64,000 nucleotides of DNA from Gammaproteobacteria bacterium (GTDB lineage Bacteria > Pseudomonadota > Gammaproteobacteria > DAOVJZ01): contig JAOUJV010000001.1 of NCBI GenBank assembly GCA_029882995.1, forward strand, positions 11,668 to 75,667. The letters run 5' to 3'. Shown piece by piece: positions 59,656-64,000 of this stretch. The notes under the pieces were generated by a model, which was given only the letters and a program-made list of their open reading frames with translations, had not been told where the DNA came from and made no database searches. Both the position numbers and the translations under genes were made by a program. Within the stretch, counting starts at the first letter, position 1. Each line of letters opens with the position of its first letter.

Positions 59656-61467
59656 ATGACCGACTGCAAGTTTGACGCCAAGGCTTTTGTCAAAACATTG
59701 CCGGGCAAGCCCGGTGTATATCGCATGCTTGATGAAAACGGAGGAGTGATATACATCGGTAAGGCACGTGATCTGAAAAAACGGGTATCCAGTTATTTTA
59801 CACGCGGTTCGCAAGGCGCAAAGACAAAGGCCATGGTGCGGCAAATATGCAATATCAACATCACGATCACCCATACTGAAAACGAAGCACTCATCCTTGA
59901 AAACAACCTCATCAAGGAGTCGCGACCCAAATACAATATCCTGCTACGTGATGATAAAAGCTATCCATTTATTTATCTTTCCGGCCATGATTTTCCACGA
60001 CTTGGTTTGCATCGAGGTACAAGAAAGGCAAAAGGGCGTTATTTTGGGCCATATCCAAGTGCCGGTGCGGTAAGAGAAAGCCTAAACCTGTTGCAGAAAC
60101 TGTTTCCAGTGCGTCAATGCGAAGACAGCTATTATAAAAATCGTACGCGGCCTTGTTTGCAATACCAAATCAAGCGATGCACGGCCCCTTGTGTTGGTCT
60201 GGTAGATAAATCCGGCTATGCCGATGATGTACGTCATGCCGTCATGTTTCTGGAAGGGAAAAGTCATGCGGTGATAGATGAGTTGGTCATGAAAATGGAG
60301 CGCGCATCTGATTCGCAGGATTATGAAGCGGCTGCCTGCTATCGTGATCAGATAGCATCGCTTAAACGAGTGCAGGAAAAACAATATGTCAGCGGTGATG
60401 ATGGTGATTTTGATGTTGTTACCTGTTATGTAAAAAACGGTATCGCCTGTGTGCAGGTCGTCTTTATTCGTGGTGGCCGTCATCTGGGTGATAAAACCTT
60501 TTTCCCTAAACTGACGCTGGAATCCACTGTGCAAAATGTGCTTGGGGTCTTTCTGGCGCAATATTATCTGGATAAAAACAAACCTCCCGTCATTTTGGTG
60601 AATGAGCCACCGGAAAATCAGACTATGCTGGAGCAAGTGCTCAGTGAACAGGAAAACAGGTCTGTCATCATCAAAGATAAATCACGTGGCGATCAGGCGC
60701 GCTGGGTCAAAATGGCGCTCACCAATACCGAACACGCCTTATTAAGATATCTGGCAAACAAAACTAATATTCTGCAACGTTTTGAGCATTTACAGGATGC
60801 ACTTAAACTGGCTAATCAGCCACAACGACTGGAATGTTTTGATATCAGTCATACCATGGGAGAAGCCACGGTTGCTTCCTGTGTTGTGTTTGATATTAAC
60901 GGGCCGGTCAAAGATGATTATCGTCGATTTAATATTGAAGACATTACACCGGGAGATGATTATGCCGCCATGCGGCAGGCCTTATCGCGTCGCTATAAAC
61001 GATTGAAAAATGGTGAAGGCAAATTGCCTGATATGCTTGTTATTGATGGTGGCAAGGGGCAGATTAGTCAGGCGCATTCGGTGCTGGAAGAATTACAAAT
61101 TAATGATGTATTGATTCTGGGTGTTGCAAAAGGGCCTGGCAGAAAGCCGGGGCTTGAGACGCTGTACTTGTCCGGTTCTGGCAAGCCAATTATACTGCCA
61201 GCCGATTCGCCGGCCCTGCATCTGATTCAGCAAATCAGGGATGAGGCACATCGATTTGCAATCACTGGGCATCGTCAAAAACGTTCACGTAGTCGCAAGA
61301 CTTCATCACTGGAAAGTATTCCGGGATTGGGACCAAAACGCAGACAACAGCTGCTAAACCAATTTGGCGGCTTGCAGGAAGTGGCACGAGCCGGGGTGGA
61401 AGATCTGGCAAATGTGAAAGGGATCAGTAAACAGTTGGCACAAAAGATCTATGATGTATTTCATTGA
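59656..61467 (+). CDS. uvrC: Excinuclease ABC subunit C
   Basis: 603 aa with GIY-YIG (GVYRMLDENGGVIYIGKA), a UvrBC-interacting region and C-terminal RNaseH-like/HhH domains. Confidence 0.93.
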   Translation: MTDCKFDAKAFVKTLPGKPGVYRMLDENGGVIYIGKARDLKKRVSSYFTRGSQGAKTKAMVRQICNINITITHTENEALILENNLIKESRPKYNILLRDDKSYPFIYLSGHDFPRLGLHRGTRKAKGRYFGPYPSAGAVRESLNLLQKLFPVRQCEDSYYKNRTRPCLQYQIKRCTAPCVGLVDKSGYADDVRHAVMFLEGKSHAVIDELVMKMERASDSQDYEAAACYRDQIASLKRVQEKQYVSGDDGDFDVVTCYVKNGIACVQVVFIRGGRHLGDKTFFPKLTLESTVQNVLGVFLAQYYLDKNKPPVILVNEPPENQTMLEQVLSEQENRSVIIKDKSRGDQARWVKMALTNTEHALLRYLANKTNILQRFEHLQDALKLANQPQRLECFDISHTMGEATVASCVVFDINGPVKDDYRRFNIEDITPGDDYAAMRQALSRRYKRLKNGEGKLPDMLVIDGGKGQISQAHSVLEELQINDVLILGVAKGPGRKPGLETLYLSGSGKPIILPADSPALHLIQQIRDEAHRFAITGHRQKRSRSRKTSSLESIPGLGPKRRQQLLNQFGGLQEVARAGVEDLANVKGISKQLAQKIYDVFH

Positions 61468-62051
61468 GACAAGGGCACTATACTACTGTGATGAATTTAC
61501 CCAATAGCCTGACATTATTCCGAATCGCACTGATTCCGGTATTTGTCGTGGTTTTCTACCTGCCATTTAACTGGTCCTACGTAGCCACGGCCTTTATTTT
61601 TGCGCTTGCCGCCTCAACAGACTGGCTTGATGGTTATTTGGCCAGAAGCATGAATCAGACCTCGGCCTTTGGTGCTTTTCTCGACCCGGTTGCCGATAAA
61701 CTCATGGTGGCCACTGCACTGGTTTTGCTTGTCCAGCAGGAATCCACTGCCTGGCTAACTATTCCGGCACTCATCATTATTGGTCGGGAAATTGCGATTT
61801 CCGCTCTCAGGGAGTGGATGTCGACACTGGGGGAGAGCGCCAGTGTGGCGGTTTCCTATATCGGCAAAATCAAGACATTCGCTCAAATGTTGGCCATTTT
61901 CCTGCTTTTACTCCATAACCCGGTAGCTGATTTTCCTGTTCGGGAAGTGGGCTATGTACTGATCTATGCCGCCGCGGCGCTGACACTCTGGTCAATGGTC
62001 ATTTATTTACGGGCGGCATGGCCAAAACTACTTGGAAATTCGGATAATTAG
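61464..62051 (+). CDS. pgsA: CDP-diacylglycerol--glycerol-3-phosphate 3-phosphatidyltransferase
   Basis: 195 aa with the CDP-alcohol phosphatidyltransferase motif D..DG..AR...........G..LD...D. Start overlaps the uvrC stop. Confidence 0.9.
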   Translation: MRQGHYTTVMNLPNSLTLFRIALIPVFVVVFYLPFNWSYVATAFIFALAASTDWLDGYLARSMNQTSAFGAFLDPVADKLMVATALVLLVQQESTAWLTIPALIIIGREIAISALREWMSTLGESASVAVSYIGKIKTFAQMLAIFLLLLHNPVADFPVREVGYVLIYAAAALTLWSMVIYLRAAWPKLLGNSDN

Positions 62052-62138
62052 TTCATTTTTGGTTATTTTTTTAAGTTTCAGTCTTGCCTGAACCCTGCTA
62101 TATCCGTAGAATGGCGCCTCCAATATTTTGGATGATTT

Positions 62139-62214
62139 GCGGGAATAGCTCAGCTGGTAGAGCACAACCTTGCCAAGGTTGGGGTCGCGAGTTCGAATCT
62201 CGTTTCCCGCTCCA
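62139..62214 (+). tRNA. glyW: tRNA-Gly(GCC)
   Basis: gcgggaatagctcagctggtagagcacaaccttgccaaggttggggtcgcgagttcgaatctcgtttcccgctcca. Near-identical to E. coli tRNA-Gly with anticodon GCC. Confidence 0.95.
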
Positions 62215-62256
62215 GATTTAAGTGGGGACAGATATTTCTGTCCCCATTCTGTTTAT

Positions 62257-62330
62257 GGCTGAGTGGCAGAATGGCTATGCAGCGGATTGCAAATCCGTGG
62301 ACCTCGGTTCGACTCCGGGCTCAGCCTCCA
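62257..62330 (+). tRNA. cysT: tRNA-Cys(GCA)
   Basis: Anticodon loop ggattgcaaatcc, T-loop GGTTCGACTCC, CCA end. 74 nt. Confidence 0.9.
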
Positions 62331-62549
62331 CTTTTGCCCTGACTCATCGGAGATGAGTAGGGTTGCCTTGACCCGGAAGGGTAAGGTACTCATAACGAAC
62401 CTCGAAGAGGTTCTATGAGCTGTCGCTCAATTACTCCCCCATACCAACCCTTCCAGCAAACATTGTCTACTGCATTCAATCAAATGTTAATGTAAACTAC
62501 GCCCGTCATCTGCAGCCCGGGTGGCGAAATTGGTAGACGCAAGGGACTT

Positions 62550-63242
62550 AAACATTTTGAGCACCCGTTTCGGAAACGATCGGTGTGAATGGAGTCAAAT
62601 TCGGGGAAACCTCAGCATTTATGATAGTGGCAATCCCGAGCTAAGTTCTGGATTTATTTTTACCCCTGTAAGTAGGGGTGAGGGCGTGGCAATTAGGACA
62701 TAGAAGACGAAGATTTTTTAAATCGTTATCTTTATTGTTGCCATTGATGTGGTCAAGCTCAAGCGGAATTGGCTTATTAAGCCATGAAGTACCATAACAA
62801 CATGCACATTTATGCTTAAATATCCCTTCTTTCAAGAGACGGTTCTTAAGCTTGAATGATTGAATGGCTAGTTCGTTATTAAGGTATTTTTCCAAAGGAA
62901 CTTTGGCAGGGAGATTCTTGCCTTTATTCCATGCTTGCCCCCTGAAATGGGATATATCTAATTCAAAGTGATTTATCGCTTTTTTGAGGATACTGTAATT
63001 GCCTCCGTAAGGAGATACATTGAGCTTTAATAATACTTGCCTAAGGGATGTTGAATTTTGTACAGCATTCTGAAGGGCTGTTTCAGTATATTTATAAAGC
63101 TTCATATGGATACTCCTTTATCCAGAAAAAGTGTAGAGACTTGACGGCTCCTGCCTAAGTTATGTGATATAGCATAATACGGTAAAGAGAAAGTCCAGAC
63201 CACAAACGTAGGAATACGGCAGTGAAAACTGTAGCGGGTAAG
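62550..63242 (+). mobile_element. Putative group I intron in tRNA-Leu(UAA) carrying an antisense HNH endonuclease ORF
   Basis: Insertion after U34 as in cyanobacterial/plastid trnL and Azoarcus tRNA introns. Candidate internal guide GAGTC (62592-62596) pairs with the 5' exon end GACUU with a terminal U-G wobble. The intron ends in G (63242). The structured GC-rich ends flank an AT-rich ORF. Confidence 0.5.
62641..63105 (-). CDS. HNH homing-endonuclease-like protein
   Basis: 154 aa with ELDHINGNNKDNDLKNLRLLCPNCH (HNH motif with a Cys zinc knuckle). Located inside the tRNA-Leu intervening sequence, antisense to the tRNA. Confidence 0.7.
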   Translation of the reverse strand: MKLYKYTETALQNAVQNSTSLRQVLLKLNVSPYGGNYSILKKAINHFELDISHFRGQAWNKGKNLPAKVPLEKYLNNELAIQSFKLKNRLLKEGIFKHKCACCYGTSWLNKPIPLELDHINGNNKDNDLKNLRLLCPNCHALTPTYRGKNKSRT

Positions 63243-63544
63243 AAAATCCCTCGGATGAATAATCCGTGCCGGTTCGACTCCGGCCCCGGGCACCATCTCT
63301 TCTTAAAACTCCACGATTAAGCCATTCCTGCTACAGTATTTTTTCGAATGGTAATTTGGCTTAAAACGTGTGAAACATGCAAATTTAGGCTTGGTCATGG
63401 CCATGTTATAACTACCACACAAAATACCATGCAATATAACGGGTTTACCCAACCAAAATAGTAGGTTATTATATACCCATATATTATTGCTGACAGTGGG
63501 TCAGCATATGATTTTGGTATATGAGATAACAAGGGGACAAGATT

Positions 63545-63835
63545 ATGGAATTACAAGTTGATGGTGAAGGTTTTTTGGTTAACCGTGATGACTGGAGCGA
63601 AGAAGTAGCACGTGAAATGGCTGCGCGTGATGGTATTGAAGCGACAGATGAAATCATGAATTACATTATTGAAGCCAGAAAGATGTTTGAAGAAAATGGT
63701 GTGGTACCGCCAATCCGTAAATTCTCAAAGGCGATGAATACTGACAGCAAGCACCTTTATGAGGTTTTTCAAAAAGGTCCTATGAAGCTAATCTGTAAAT
63801 GGGGTGCCTTGCCCAAGCCAACCGGTTGCGTCTAG
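63545..63835 (+). CDS. DsrC/TusE-family protein with both conserved C-terminal cysteines (second dsrC-like copy)
   Basis: 96 aa ending [14 protein letters not shown]. Compare operon Dsr[14 protein letters not shown]. Confidence 0.75.
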   Translation: MELQVDGEGFLVNRDDWSEEVAREMAARDGIEATDEIMNYIIEARKMFEENGVVPPIRKFSKAMNTDSKHLYEVFQKGPMKLICKWGALPKPTGCV

Positions 63836-63859
63836 TTTAGGCTTAATTCTTCTGATGAA

Positions 63860-63892
63860 ACCTCGCACCATTCACCGGGTGCGAGGTTTTTT
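63860..63892 (+). terminator. Rho-independent terminator (cctcgcacc ... ggtgcgagg + T-run)
   Basis: 9 bp stem and tttttt following the stop at 63835. Confidence 0.55.
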
Positions 63893-64000
63893 ATTGTCAG
63901 GTTGCCGATTGAATACCTGATCAATCTCAGAGTAGGGTGACCAATAGCCGCCGTCATGCGTCTAACCTGACGATTTTTTCCTTCACGTATTGATAATTCG

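Larger units (their letters stand above)
62515..63295 (+). tRNA. leuZ: tRNA-Leu(UAA) gene interrupted in the anticodon loop (between U34 and A35) by a ~693 nt intervening sequence
   Basis: 5' exon gcccgggtggcgaaattggtagacgcaagggactt (62515-62549). 3' exon aaaatccctcggatgaataatccgtgccggttcgactccggccccgggcacca (63243-63295). The joined exons give a canonical class II tRNA-Leu with anticodon UAA and a perfect acceptor stem gcccggg/cccgggc. Confidence 0.8.

Overview
This 64 kb window looks like chromosome from a sulfur-oxidizing gammaproteobacterium. Core housekeeping blocks are syntenic with E. coli: lolA-rarA-(crcB)-serS and uvrY-uvrC-pgsA-tRNA-Gly-tRNA-Cys-tRNA-Leu. The central ~12.6 kb is a complete reverse-type dissimilatory sulfite reductase operon on the minus strand (dsrABEFHCMKLJOPNR, 34245 down to 21631). 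Upstream of it lie cysG (siroheme synthase), a Ttr-like BCA-ordered molybdoenzyme with a NapC/NirT-type multiheme cytochrome, a cd1 nitrite reductase with its c-type cytochrome, and a NarX/NarL-like two-component pair. The most unusual element is an AT-rich three-gene cassette at 424-4928 with the architecture of the Detocs anti-phage system: a large histidine-kinase-like sensor, a receiver-only buffer protein, and a receiver plus PNP/nucleosidase effector. It sits directly downstream of a tRNA-Leu-like 3' fragment at the window edge. Other notable items follow.
- The leuZ-type tRNA-Leu(UAA) gene (62515-63295) is split in the anticodon loop by a ~690 nt intervening sequence, consistent with a group I intron, carrying an antisense HNH endonuclease ORF.
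- A mycobacterial-type decaprenyl-phosphoarabinose-like pathway (UbiA prenyl-phosphate ribosyltransferase, DprE1-like, DprE2-like SDR, GT-C transferase, flippase-like membrane protein) lies next to a PEP-CTERM protein.
- A LapG/LapD-like c-di-GMP inside-out signalling pair is present without an adjacent adhesin.
- An orphan protein downstream of dsrA carries a perfect Cas6-type glycine-rich loop.
- Two extra DsrC/TusE paralogs are present (one lacking both cysteines, one adjacent to the intron).
- A family-4 uracil-DNA glycosylase is inserted between uvrY and uvrC.
- An AT-rich PAS hybrid histidine kinase looks horizontally acquired.
No CRISPR array, integrase or transposase was seen. All calls come from reading the ORF translations and sequence motifs; no database searches were run.
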